Part shown: piece by piece, positions 46,183 to 55,511 of the stretch
Position numbering within the stretch: the stretch's first letter is position 1
Layout: every line of letters starts with the position of its first letter
NCBI GenBank assembly: GCA_964508345.1
Contig: CAZDTK010000001.1
Location: 236,012 to 300,011, forward strand
Source of the DNA: an uncultured Actinomycetes bacterium
Lineage (GTDB): Bacteria > Chloroflexota > Dormibacteria > Aeolococcales > Aeolococcaceae
Length of the DNA stretch: 64,000 nt
Direction of reading: 5' to 3'
Position numbers and translations under genes: made by a program
Notes under the pieces: generated by a model
The model's database searches: none
What the model was told of the DNA's origin: nothing
The model's input: only the letters and a program-made list of their open reading frames with translations

Positions 46183-46590
46183 TCACCGCGCTCCCGGGCT
46201 CGCCACGGGGAGACCGGTGGCCCCGGCGCCGGACAGCAGGCGCTCGTCGTAGGCGACCAGCGCCTCGACGGGGTCGGCCTCAGAGCCGGCGAGGCGTGCG
46301 GTGGCGAGGTGGATGGCGTCAAGGCTGCGCAGGTGGGGATCCTCGAAGGCGGCGGCGGTGGCCCTCACCGGGGCGTCGATCTCGACGACGTAGAGACGTG
46401 CCAGCAGCCCGGGGACGCCGGCCAGGGCATCCGGCGCGTGACGGCGGAGCGCCCGGACCAGCTCCACCTCGGCGAGGGCCGAGGTCACCAGGGCCTGGTC
46501 GGGCCTCTCGGCCAGCCAGGCCACCAGCTCGACCGACCCCGCCTCCCGGTGGACCAGCTTGACCAGCGCCGACGTGTCGAGATAGATCAC
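46183..46590 (-). CDS. PIN-domain toxin (VapC)
   Basis: MIYLDTSALVKL ... conserved acidic residues; 135 aa. Confidence 0.8.
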   Translation of the reverse strand: MIYLDTSALVKLVHREAGSVELVAWLAERPDQALVTSALAEVELVRALRRHAPDALAGVPGLLARLYVVEIDAPVRATAAAFEDPHLRSLDAIHLATARLAGSEADPVEALVAYDERLLSGAGATGLPVASPGAR

Positions 46591-46868
46591 CAGCGCTCGG
46601 CGTCGCGATCCGCAACCAGCCGGGCTGCCACGTCGCGCTCCGCATCACCCGGTGGCGGGGGCAGGGGGACGGCTCCCCCCAGCGTGGGAGCTCGCACCGC
46701 CCCCCTCTCGATGAGCCGGGCGAGGGTTGCCGGAGCCTCCACCGCGGGGACGAGCCGGGCGACGTCGCGGCCCCCGCTGGTGATGGTGACCGCGCCTCCC
46801 CGCGCGACCTCGGCCAGCACCGCGCTCGTCTGCTGATTCAGCTGCCGGACAGATACCCGTCGCTCCAT
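46587..46868 (-). CDS. Phd/YefM-family antitoxin
   Basis: VSVRQLNQQTSAVLAEVARGGAVTITSGGRDVARLVP; 4-nt overlap with the downstream PIN gene. Confidence 0.75.
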   Translation of the reverse strand: MERRVSVRQLNQQTSAVLAEVARGGAVTITSGGRDVARLVPAVEAPATLARLIERGAVRAPTLGGAVPLPPPPGDAERDVAARLVADRDAERW

Positions 46869-46931
46869 TCCCGCATGGTAGAACGCGATGATCTACACGG
46901 TCAACGGCTCCGATCGCGCAACAATCGATCC

Positions 46932-47357
46932 ATGACAGCAGTTGGTGGGGCATTCCTTCTGGCCGGCCGCGTGCTCTTCGTCGCCCTCTTCCTCTTCTCG
47001 GCGCGGGGGCATCTTCAGCGTCACGCCCAGTACGCCGGGGTCGCCAGGGGCAAGCTCCCGCTCCCCTTCCTGGCCGGCATCCCCACCGGCCTCTACCTGC
47101 TGGCGGCGTCCGTCTCGGTCATCGCCGGCATCTGGCCGGACATCGGGTCGCTGATGATCGCCGCGTTCGTCCTGCCCGCGGGCTTCCTCTTCCACCGCTT
47201 CTGGACGGTCTCGGACCCGGCGGCGCGGCGCACCCAGGAGGGCGCCTTCTATCGCAACGTGACCCTGCTCGGAGCCGGGCTCGCCCTCTTCGCACTGTTC
47301 GGGGCGGCGGGCCACGTCCCCTTCGCCGTCACCGGCCCTCTCCTCAACCTGAGGTGA
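46932..47357 (+). CDS. DoxX-family membrane protein
   Basis: Internal ATG 46932; 4 TM helices (LLAGRVLFVALFLFSARGHL...). Confidence 0.65.
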   Translation: MTAVGGAFLLAGRVLFVALFLFSARGHLQRHAQYAGVARGKLPLPFLAGIPTGLYLLAASVSVIAGIWPDIGSLMIAAFVLPAGFLFHRFWTVSDPAARRTQEGAFYRNVTLLGAGLALFALFGAAGHVPFAVTGPLLNLR

Positions 47358-47361
47358 GTCA

Positions 47362-47784
47362 ATGAAGAAGCGCATGCGTCTGGTCGGCCTCGGCGCCCTG
47401 CTCGCCGCCATCGCCGCCTTCTTCCTCCACCCGCACAAGGGGCGCGAGCGCCGGCAGGCGGTCCGCCGCGGTGGCGAGAAGCTGCTCCGCCAGGGTGCGG
47501 GCGTCACCTCGCTGACCGGCAGCCGCCGCCGGCGCGCGCTGAGCGGCACGGTCGAGGCCAGGGAGCGGATCGAGGGTGCGCTGCTGGAGGCACTCGGTGC
47601 TGACGGGTTCGCGCTCCGGGTGATCCCCGGCGAGGACCAGAGCGTCATCGTCCGCGGTGAGGTGGCCTCGCTCGACCTGATCCGCCGCGCCAGCGAGGTG
47701 GTCGAGCGCGCCCGTGGCGACGCCGACGTGGTGAACCTGATCCGGCTGCGGACGCCGGCCGCGGGGGGAGCCGTCGCCGGCTGA
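47362..47784 (+). CDS. BON-domain protein (OsmY-like)
   Basis: N-terminal signal/anchor, BON-like segment VIVRGEVASLDLIRRASEVVERARGDADVVNLIRL. Confidence 0.6.
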   Translation: MKKRMRLVGLGALLAAIAAFFLHPHKGRERRQAVRRGGEKLLRQGAGVTSLTGSRRRRALSGTVEARERIEGALLEALGADGFALRVIPGEDQSVIVRGEVASLDLIRRASEVVERARGDADVVNLIRLRTPAAGGAVAG

Positions 47785-47815
47785 GGAACCCCGGCCCCAG
47801 CCGCCGCGTTCCATC

Positions 47816-48808
47816 ATGGTGCGGATGCGCAGGATCGCGGTGGCCATCGTCGGTCTGGTGATGGTGCTCGCCACCATGGCCGCGGCCCTGCCCAGCTCCG
47901 GGTCCCAGGCCGCCACCCCGCTGCCGTACGCCCCGCCGGGCTCCGACTTCAGCACCGCACCGGGCCCCGTGGTCAGCCCCGCACCGGGCCCCGTGGTCAG
48001 CGCTTCACCGGACTCGGACTCGGCAGCTGTGCAGTTCGCCACCCAGGTGCTGAGCGAGGCTCCGATCCCGCCCGGCGCCCAGCTCTGGACGGCCGCCGCG
48101 CCCGCGGCTCTGACGGCCCCGTTCGTGAGCATCGGTGTCAGCGGTCTGACCGACCTCGACGCGCTGTACCAGGTGAACGAGCAGGCCGGCCAGGCCCTGC
48201 AGAGCTACGTTCTGGCCGGCCTGCCCCAGGGATCCACGGTCGGAACGGCCGGGAACGGGTTCGGGCCGGCAGGATCCTGGATCGGGTTCGTGGTCTCCCT
48301 GCCCACCTCCGGGCCCAACGAGAGTGAGGCCCAGCTCCTCTACGCCACCACCCAGCTCGCGGACGGCAGCTACGTCCTGCGCATCGACGCCCAGGTGGTG
48401 TGGGTGCCCGATGCGGCGCCGTCCGACGCCCTCCCGCCGCCGGGCAGCGCGGTGCTCACCGGGTACACCACGATCTCGATGGCAGGCCCACCGAGCGGAT
48501 CCCTGACGGTCGACCTCGGTGAGACGGACAGCGCCCGGCTCGCCAACGCCATCAACACGCTCCCGCTGGCGGCAGCGATGGGGTGCATGGAAGCATCCGC
48601 GCTCTACACGATCACCTTCCACCCCGCATCGGGCTCCGGCCCGACCGATGTGGCGGTGGGCGGGACCTGCGGGCGGGCGGTGGACGTGACCGTCGGAGCC
48701 ACCCGGCTGCCCGCCCGGAGTGACCAGGGCTGCACGGTCCTTCGGCTGGTGGCCGGCTTTCTGCCCGCTGCGGCCGCCGGAACCCGAAGCCTCCTGGCGG
48801 AGTGCTGA
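47816..48808 (+). CDS. secreted hypothetical protein with a short APGPVVS tandem duplication
   Basis: Signal peptide MVRMRRIAVAIVGLVMVLATMAAA; 330 aa; no domain recognised. Confidence 0.55.
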   Translation: MVRMRRIAVAIVGLVMVLATMAAALPSSGSQAATPLPYAPPGSDFSTAPGPVVSPAPGPVVSASPDSDSAAVQFATQVLSEAPIPPGAQLWTAAAPAALTAPFVSIGVSGLTDLDALYQVNEQAGQALQSYVLAGLPQGSTVGTAGNGFGPAGSWIGFVVSLPTSGPNESEAQLLYATTQLADGSYVLRIDAQVVWVPDAAPSDALPPPGSAVLTGYTTISMAGPPSGSLTVDLGETDSARLANAINTLPLAAAMGCMEASALYTITFHPASGSGPTDVAVGGTCGRAVDVTVGATRLPARSDQGCTVLRLVAGFLPAAAAGTRSLLAEC

Positions 48809-48904
48809 CCTCCGCGTCACCCGGCGGAACGCAGCCGTCGGCGGTCGAACGGCCTGCGCTGCGGGTGGTCCGCTCCCCACGGCATCGGACGTAGCATCGG
48901 GCCC

Positions 48905-49933
48905 ATGCCCACCCTCCATCCACCCCTCCAGCCCATGCTCTGTGCCTCGGCGACCGAGATCCCGGCCGCCTCGGGCCTGGTCTACGAGCCCAAGTGGGAC
49001 GGCTTCCGCTGCATCGTCTTCCGCGACGGCGATTCGATCCACCTCGAGAGCCGCAACAGCCTGCCCCTCCAGCGCTACTTCCCCGAGCTGCTCGACCCGC
49101 TCCGCGCGGCGCTGCCCGAGCAGGCGGTGGTCGACGGCGAGATCGTGATCGCCGGGCCGCGCGGCCTCGACTTCGACGCCCTCCAGCTCCGCCTCCATCC
49201 CGCCGAATCCCGGGTGCGGATGCTCGCCGCCGAGAGCCCGGCGACGTTCATCGCCTTCGACCTGCTCGCGGCCGGCGACGAGGACCTCCGAGAACTGCCG
49301 CTCCGCGACCGCGCCTCACGTCTGCGCGCGGTGCTCGTCCCAAACCCCCAGGTCGCGCTCACCCCGCAGACCACGGACCCGCAGGAGGCGGCCTCCTGGT
49401 TCGACCGCTACGAGGGCGCCGGCTGTGACGGGGTGGTCGCCAAGCCGCTCACCTCAACGTATCGCAGCGGCGATCGCGGCTGGATCAAGGTCAAGCATCT
49501 CCGCACCGTCGACTGCGTGGTCGGCGGCTACCGCAGGGACCTCAAGATCGAGGCGGTGGCGTCGCTGCTGCTCGGCCTGTACGACACCGACGGCGTCCTC
49601 CACCACGTCGGCCACACCGCGTCGTTCTCGGCCGCCGAGCGCCGCGAGCTGCTGCAGCGGCTCCGCCCGCTGGAGGGCGGCACCTCGTTCGGGCAGGGGC
49701 GCACACCCGGAGGCCCGTCGCGATGGACGAGGGGGCGGGAGACGGACTGGGTGGCGGTGCGCCCCGAGCTGGTCTGCGAGGTGGCCTTCGACCATCTGCA
49801 GGGCAACCGCTTCCGCCACGCCTCCCGCTTCCTGCGCTGGCGCCCCGACCGCGCCCCGGACCAGTGCGGGTACGACCAGCTCCTGCCGCCCCACCCCTTC
49901 GACCTGGGGGTGATCCTGAACAGCCGCGCGTAG
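48905..49933 (+). CDS. ATP-dependent DNA ligase (LigC/LigD-ligase-domain type)
   Basis: Motif I EPKWDGFR (adenylated Lys), adenylation and OB-fold motifs; 342 aa. Confidence 0.85.
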   Translation: MPTLHPPLQPMLCASATEIPAASGLVYEPKWDGFRCIVFRDGDSIHLESRNSLPLQRYFPELLDPLRAALPEQAVVDGEIVIAGPRGLDFDALQLRLHPAESRVRMLAAESPATFIAFDLLAAGDEDLRELPLRDRASRLRAVLVPNPQVALTPQTTDPQEAASWFDRYEGAGCDGVVAKPLTSTYRSGDRGWIKVKHLRTVDCVVGGYRRDLKIEAVASLLLGLYDTDGVLHHVGHTASFSAAERRELLQRLRPLEGGTSFGQGRTPGGPSRWTRGRETDWVAVRPELVCEVAFDHLQGNRFRHASRFLRWRPDRAPDQCGYDQLLPPHPFDLGVILNSRA

Positions 49934-49947
49934 CGACCGGCGCCCGC

Positions 49948-50832
49948 CTACTCGATCGGGAGCAGGGCGGCGGCGATCCTCGCGACGCGCTCGGCATCGG
50001 CGATGGCATCGATCTCGACGATCCTGCCGTCGCTGACGGTGAAGCCCATGACGGTCGCCGCGCGCCCGTCCACGGCGACGATCACCCCGGCCGCGCCGTT
50101 CACGAGCGCGGGGCGCACCTGCGAACCCGGGAGCGCGGAGCGCAGCCCGCGCAGAGCCTGACGGGCGACGACCGCCGCGCCGCGGCGCTCCATGGACGGG
50201 GCGAAGGCACCTGCACCGGCGTCGAGACGGAGGACGACCTCGGGGTCGAGCAGCGCGACCAGGGCCTCGAAGTCACCGTCGCGCGCCGCCTGGAAGAAGG
50301 CGTCGACCACCCGCCGCTGGCGGGCGAGATCGGCATCGGGAGCCGGCACCTCGGCGCCCCTGATCCGCCGCCTCGCGCGGCTGGCGAGCTGCCGCGCCGC
50401 CACGGGCGTGCGCCCCACCACCGGAGCGATCTGCTCGAAGGGAAGCTGGAACATGTCGTGGAGCACGAAGGCGAGGCGCTCCGCCGGGGCCAGGGTGTCG
50501 AGCACGACGAGCAGGGCCAGGCCCACCGAGTCGGCGAGCAGCGCCTGCTCCTCCGGTGAGGCGACCACCGGGTCGGGCACGTGCACGGGGAGCGACTCCT
50601 CGCGCCGGACGTTGCGGGAGCGCAGCGTGTTGAGACAGACGCGGGCGACCACCGTCGTCAGCCACGCCTGGAGGTTCTCCACCTCGCTCGCCCCTGCCCG
50701 GCTGAGCCGCAGCCAGGCCTCCTGGACCGCGTCGTCGGCCTCGGTGAGCGATCCCAGCATCCGGTGCGCCACCGCCCGCAGATGGGTGCGGTGCTCTTCG
50801 AAACGGTCCGCCAGCCACTCCTGATCAGCCAC
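49948..50832 (-). CDS. ECF sigma factor with C-terminal SnoaL-like extension (ECF41/SigJ-like)
   Basis: Sigma-70 region 2 (DAVQEAWLRL) and region 4 (LAPAERLAFVLHDMFQLPFEQIAPVVG), plus a ~100-aa C-terminal extension. Confidence 0.85.
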   Translation of the reverse strand: MADQEWLADRFEEHRTHLRAVAHRMLGSLTEADDAVQEAWLRLSRAGASEVENLQAWLTTVVARVCLNTLRSRNVRREESLPVHVPDPVVASPEEQALLADSVGLALLVVLDTLAPAERLAFVLHDMFQLPFEQIAPVVGRTPVAARQLASRARRRIRGAEVPAPDADLARQRRVVDAFFQAARDGDFEALVALLDPEVVLRLDAGAGAFAPSMERRGAAVVARQALRGLRSALPGSQVRPALVNGAAGVIVAVDGRAATVMGFTVSDGRIVEIDAIADAERVARIAAALLPIE

Positions 50833-50929
50833 CGGTCACACAGCTCCTTCCTGGCGTGTCTGAGGGGTAGACCCGCGAGATCGAGGAGACGTGACGGGCG
50901 GCGGATCAGCCCGCCCAGCAGGAGGAGCC

Positions 50930-51738
50930 ATGACAGCAACGATTCTGGTCATCGGCGGCACCGGGCGGCTGGGGCGTCCCGTGGTCGCGCTGCTCCGCGA
51001 CGCCGGGTGCGCGGTGCGCGTGCTCACCCGCCACGAGGGTCGCCCCGAGGACGGCATCGAGCACACGGTGGGCGACCTTCGCACCGGCGAGGGCCTCGAG
51101 CAAGCCCTGGCGGGGGTCGCGACCGTCGTCAACTGCGCCGGCAGTCCCAAGGGCGATCAGGGGATGGCCGAGATCCTGGTGCGGGCGGCGGCGCGGGCGG
51201 GGACCACCCACCTGGTGAACATCTCCGTGGTCGGCGCCGGCCGGGTGCCGGTGCGGAGCCGCGTCGACCGCGCCATGTTCGGCTACTTCGCCGCCAAGCT
51301 GGGCGCGGAGCGGGTGATCTCCGGCTCCGGCCTGCCCTGGACGACGCTGCGCGCCAGCCAGTTCCAGGACGCCTTCGTCTGGCTGTGCCGGGCGATGTCA
51401 CCGCTGCCGGTGATCCCGGTCGCGGCCGGGGTTCGCTTCCAGCCGGTGGACACCGGGAGGTCGCGGCACGGGTCGCGGAGATCGCCCTCGGCGAGCCGGC
51501 CGGCCTGGTTCCCGAGATGGCGGGGCCGCGCGTGTACGCCATGGGCGATCTGCTCCGCGGCTACCTGCGGGCCAGCCACCGCCATCGCGCGCTCCTCCCG
51601 GTCCACATGCCCGGCGGTGCAGCCCGCGCGATCCGGGGCGGCGGCAACCTCGCCCCCGAGGGGGCCACCCTGGGCCGCCGGACGTGGGAGGAGTGCCTCG
51701 ACGAGGAGGTGGTCGCGAAGCGCCCCGCGCGTCGCTGA
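50930..51738 (+). pseudogene. NmrA-like/NAD(P)H-binding epimerase, apparent +1/-1 frameshift near 51445
   Basis: ATG 50930 with an AGGAGG RBS; Rossmann motif ILVIGGTGRLG; reading frame switches after FQPVD (frame of ORF 50891) to ...REVAARVAEIALGEPAGLVPEM... (frame of ORF 50581) at the run gacaccgggagg. Confidence 0.55.
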
Positions 51739-52007
51739 GATCCCGCGGCGCTCGCGCGCGCTCCGCGCCCGCCCCGGCTCGAGGGCCCGGCGGTATCCGG
51801 GGGCCGGTCACGCGCTGCCCATGAGCGCGCCCGGAGGCCCCTGCATGCCTCACCGGGTGGTTTCGGACTTTCGTGTCCGAAACCGGTTGTGAGAGGGCGG
51901 TGCCTGCCCCGCCGAGCGATCGGGCGGAGCGAGCCGTGAGAGGGTGGTCCCTGCCCCGTCCGCGCGATCGGGCGGATCGAGGCGTGCGACGCGGAGCTCG
52001 TCGGCCC

Positions 52008-53006
52008 TCAGCCCTTGCGGGCGCGGGACGGGGCCACCCGGCGCGGCTCGTCGTCGCCCTTGGGGAAGTGGGGCGGCCAGGGCGCGTCGCCGAGCCCCTC
52101 GCGCTCGTCACGGTCGGCCAGCTCCAGCAGCGTGTCCAGCCGGTGGGCGACCCTGTCGATGCCGGCACCCGGATCCCCTCTCTGGCTCAGCCGGCGCGGC
52201 ACCGTCTCCACGGTCAGCTCCGCGGGCTCGACGTCAGTCACCTCGTCCCATTCCAGCGGGCAGGAGACCCGCGCGTCCGGCACCGGGCGCACCGAGTAGG
52301 CGCTGGCGACGGTGCGGTCGCGGGCGTTCTGGTTGTAGTCGATGAAGACGCCGTGCCGCTCCTCCTTCCACCACTTGCTGGTGGCGAGCGTGGGCGCGCG
52401 CCTCTCGACCTCACGGGCGAGCGCCAGCGCCGCCCGGCGGACGGCGGTGAAGCCCCACTCGGGGACGATCCGGACGTTGATGTGGATGCCCCGCGACCCC
52501 GAGGTCTTGGGGAAGCCGTGCAGCCCCATGTCGTCCAGCACCTCGCGCACCACCAGCGCCACCCTGCGAATGTCGTCGAAGGGGATGTCGGGCTGGGGGT
52601 CGAGGTCGATGCGCAGCTCGTCGGGATGGTCGGTGTCCCCGCTGCGCACCGGCCACGGATTGATGTCGATGCAGCCCAGGTTCACCGACCAGATCAGCGC
52701 CGCCAGCGAGTCGATGACCAGCAGGTCGGCGGAGCGGCCGCTGGGGAAGTGGACCGTGGTGGTGCGCAGGTACCCGGTGTCGCCGACCGGTGCCCGCTTC
52801 TGGAAGAAGAAGGGGCCCGCCGCCCCGTTGGGGTAGCGCTTGAGGACGCTGGGACGGTCGAAGCAGCCCGTGAGCGCCCCCTCACCGGCGGCGATGTAGT
52901 AGTCGATGAGCCGGCGCTTCGTGATCCCGCGCTCTGCGAAGAAGACCTTGTCACCGTTGCTGATGGCGAGGTCGTGGCCATCGACCTCGATGCTCTCCCC
53001 GGTCAC
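52008..53006 (-). CDS. LigD polymerase (primase-polymerase) domain protein
   Basis: 332 aa; KRYPNG ... GFPKTSGSRGIHI ... motifs of the NHEJ PolDom. Confidence 0.8.
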   Translation of the reverse strand: MTGESIEVDGHDLAISNGDKVFFAERGITKRRLIDYYIAAGEGALTGCFDRPSVLKRYPNGAAGPFFFQKRAPVGDTGYLRTTTVHFPSGRSADLLVIDSLAALIWSVNLGCIDINPWPVRSGDTDHPDELRIDLDPQPDIPFDDIRRVALVVREVLDDMGLHGFPKTSGSRGIHINVRIVPEWGFTAVRRAALALAREVERRAPTLATSKWWKEERHGVFIDYNQNARDRTVASAYSVRPVPDARVSCPLEWDEVTDVEPAELTVETVPRRLSQRGDPGAGIDRVAHRLDTLLELADRDEREGLGDAPWPPHFPKGDDEPRRVAPSRARKG

Positions 53007-53683
53007 CTCGCGCGGTTCTCCGCCGCCGGCTCACCCTCCTCTCCGCCCCGCTCCTGCCAGGCATGGAAGCGCTGGAGGATGAGCGGCTCGGCCTCGGCCC
53101 AGCCACGGGCGCGCTGCTCGGGCCCCACCTCGATGTGGGTGTTGGCGGCGTGGCTGAAGACGATCACGTCGCGTCCGTCGGCGAGCAGCGCCTCCACGTT
53201 GTGCGGTGAGTCCTCGATGTAGAGGTCGGCGTTGACGGCGCCCTTCTCACCCATGAAGCACAGATCCCAGTAGGGGATGCCGTGCTTGTCCAGCCACTGC
53301 ACCGTCTGCGCCACCGCGATCTGGTGGAAGTGCTCGATGACCAGGCGGTGGGTGATGATGCGGATCCGCAGCCCCAGGTTGGAGAGGCGGCGGAGCGCCG
53401 GGCCGGCGCCGGCGATCATGTCCATCTCCAGGAAGAGCTTCCGCTCCACCACCGCGAAGCGGTGGACCTTGGGGAACTCGCCGGGCCGGATGCCCCATTC
53501 GGCCATCTCCCAGCCGACGTCGGGGGGGAGCGATTCCAGGTCGCGCCCCAGCCACTCGGCGACCACCCGGCGCATGAAGGGGTAGTAGTCGGCGCAGACG
53601 CCGTCGAGGTCCACGCCGAGCACGAACTCACGCGGGCTCACAGCCACGCCCGTGATTGTCGCCGAACCGGCCGCGACGGTCAC
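53003..53683 (-). CDS. HAD-family 5'(3')-deoxyribonucleotidase-like protein
   Basis: LGVDLDGVCADY (DxDxV motif I) and C-terminal HAD motifs; 4-nt overlap with the PolDom gene. Confidence 0.65.
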   Translation of the reverse strand: MTVAAGSATITGVAVSPREFVLGVDLDGVCADYYPFMRRVVAEWLGRDLESLPPDVGWEMAEWGIRPGEFPKVHRFAVVERKLFLEMDMIAGAGPALRRLSNLGLRIRIITHRLVIEHFHQIAVAQTVQWLDKHGIPYWDLCFMGEKGAVNADLYIEDSPHNVEALLADGRDVIVFSHAANTHIEVGPEQRARGWAEAEPLILQRFHAWQERGGEEGEPAAENRAR

Positions 53684-54501
53684 ACCACCGCTCCCGGCTC
53701 AGCCCTGCGGCTCCGGGGTCCTCGCCGGGCGGAGAGCACCAGGAGCAGCGCCACCACCCCCAGGATGATCCAGAGCGAGTAGTCGGAGAGGTTGTTGACG
53801 AAGGTCTCTGCCGGCTTGCCGATGAAGTAGCCGATCGCCACCATCTCGCCGATGCAGAGCAGCTCGCCCAGGCCGTCCAGGGTGATGAACTTCCAGAACG
53901 GCATCCGCGTCTCGCCGGCCAGGAAGTAGAAGACGCCGCCGGGCAGCCAGAGCGTCGGCGAGAGCAGGACCGCCCACACCGAGAAGCGGGCAAATATCCG
54001 CTCGCCCCTGGCCACCCGCCGGGTCCAGCTGGGGTCGGTCCGGCAGAGGAAGTCGATCAGCACCCGCCCGTAGCGGCGGCCTCCGAAGTAGTAGCAGGGG
54101 TCGGTGCACCAGCTGATCGGCAGGGGGGCGAGCAGCGCAATCCAGATGGCCACCTGGCCGGTGCGCACCTCGGCTCCGCTCACGATCTCCGCCGCCGCCG
54201 CCGCCCGGATGGCCGATGCCTGGATGACCTGCCGGTGCAGGATCATCCAGGTCGCGATCGGGGTGCCCACGTAGTACCAGATGGAGGCGGCCAGCACCGG
54301 GCCCACGATCAGGAAGTCCAGCCAGCCCCAGCGTCCCCGGAGCAGGCGCTCGCCGGGGTGGAGGGGAGCAGGTGCCTCGAGGCTGGCCGGCGCGCCGGAG
54401 GGCACCGCCGCGGGCGCCGTCAGATCCGGCGACGGCCGGAGGCCCTCGGCGTCGCGGGCCGGGTCCGGGTCGCGGGCCGGGGCGGCCGGCTCGGAGCTCA
54501 C
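53680..54501 (-). CDS. DedA/VTT-family membrane protein
   Basis: GTG at complement 54499-54501 chosen because the upstream 130 codons of the ORF are low-complexity G/R-rich; conserved FYFLAGETRMPFWKF...IGYFIG. Confidence 0.55.
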   Translation of the reverse strand: MSSEPAAPARDPDPARDAEGLRPSPDLTAPAAVPSGAPASLEAPAPLHPGERLLRGRWGWLDFLIVGPVLAASIWYYVGTPIATWMILHRQVIQASAIRAAAAAEIVSGAEVRTGQVAIWIALLAPLPISWCTDPCYYFGGRRYGRVLIDFLCRTDPSWTRRVARGERIFARFSVWAVLLSPTLWLPGGVFYFLAGETRMPFWKFITLDGLGELLCIGEMVAIGYFIGKPAETFVNNLSDYSLWIILGVVALLLVLSARRGPRSRRAEPGAVV

Positions 54502-54527
54502 CCGGCCATTGTCCTCACCGGCCGAGG

Positions 54528-55511
54528 TCAGGCGGTCTCCGCCTCCGCGGCCGCCGCGTGGGGTGGGGCGTCTCCCTCCGTGACCGCGGCGTCTCCGGCC
54601 ACGCTCCTCGCCGGGCGGCGCCCTCCCGCCAGCATCACCGCCACCGCGACCACGATCAGCCCGGCGGCCACCAGGGTGCCGGCGGTGACCGTCTCGCCGA
54701 GGAACGCCCAGCCCAGCAGCACCGCCACCAGCGGGTTGACGTACGCGTAGCTGGACACCGCCCGGGGCGAGACCTTGCCGAGCAGGTAGACGTAGGCGGT
54801 GTAGGCGACCAGGGATCCGAACACCACCAGGTAGGCGAACCAGAACAGCGAGACCGCCGAGATCCTCCCGGGATGGATCTGACCCCATTCACCCAGGATC
54901 CCGGCGAAGGCGCAGAGGAGGACGCCGGCGCAGAGCATCTCCATCGCAACGCCCACCAGCGGGCGCCGGGGCACCCGCGCCCCGCGCGCGTAGATCGAGC
55001 CCGCCGCCCAGCAGACCGGGGAGAGCAGGGCGACGGCGTAGAAGCCCGGCGAGGCCGTTCCCCCGCCACCGGTGCGCAGCAGCAGGGCCACGCCCGCGAA
55101 GCCGGCGACCAGGCCCAGCGAGGCCAGCCGGCTCAGCCGCTGGGCCCCGCGCAGGTGGGCAAAGACCGCCATCCACAGCGGCACGGTCCCCACCAGGAGT
55201 GCGGTCACCCCCGAGGGCACGTGCTGCTCGGCGAAGGTCACCCCGCCGTTGCCGCAGAACAGGAGGAGGCCGCCGATGACGAGGGCCGAGCGCCAGTGGA
55301 CGGGGGTGATCGGGTCCCCCCTGCGGTCACCGCTCAGGTAGGCGGCCGGGAAGAGGATCGCGCCCGCGACCAGGAAGCGGACCCCCGCCATGGCGAGCGG
55401 CGGGATGGTCTCGATGGCGACCCGTATCCCCAGGTAGGTGGAGCCCCAGATCACGTACACGGCCGCGAAGGCGGCGACCACGAGGGGGACCGCCGGCCGT
55501 GCCCGCGTCAT
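54528..55511 (-). CDS. EamA/DMT-family transporter
   Basis: ATG at complement 55509-55511; 10 TM helices, duplicated EamA halves. Confidence 0.8.
   Translation of the reverse strand: MTRARPAVPLVVAAFAAVYVIWGSTYLGIRVAIETIPPLAMAGVRFLVAGAILFPAAYLSGDRRGDPITPVHWRSALVIGGLLLFCGNGGVTFAEQHVPSGVTALLVGTVPLWMAVFAHLRGAQRLSRLASLGLVAGFAGVALLLRTGGGGTASPGFYAVALLSPVCWAAGSIYARGARVPRRPLVGVAMEMLCAGVLLCAFAGILGEWGQIHPGRISAVSLFWFAYLVVFGSLVAYTAYVYLLGKVSPRAVSSYAYVNPLVAVLLGWAFLGETVTAGTLVAAGLIVVAVAVMLAGGRRPARSVAGDAAVTEGDAPPHAAAAEAETA

Noticed and set aside
44151-46322. 723-aa minus-strand ORF
   Set aside because: It is antisense to the cupin, flavodoxin and GNAT genes, with a low-complexity translation and no motifs.
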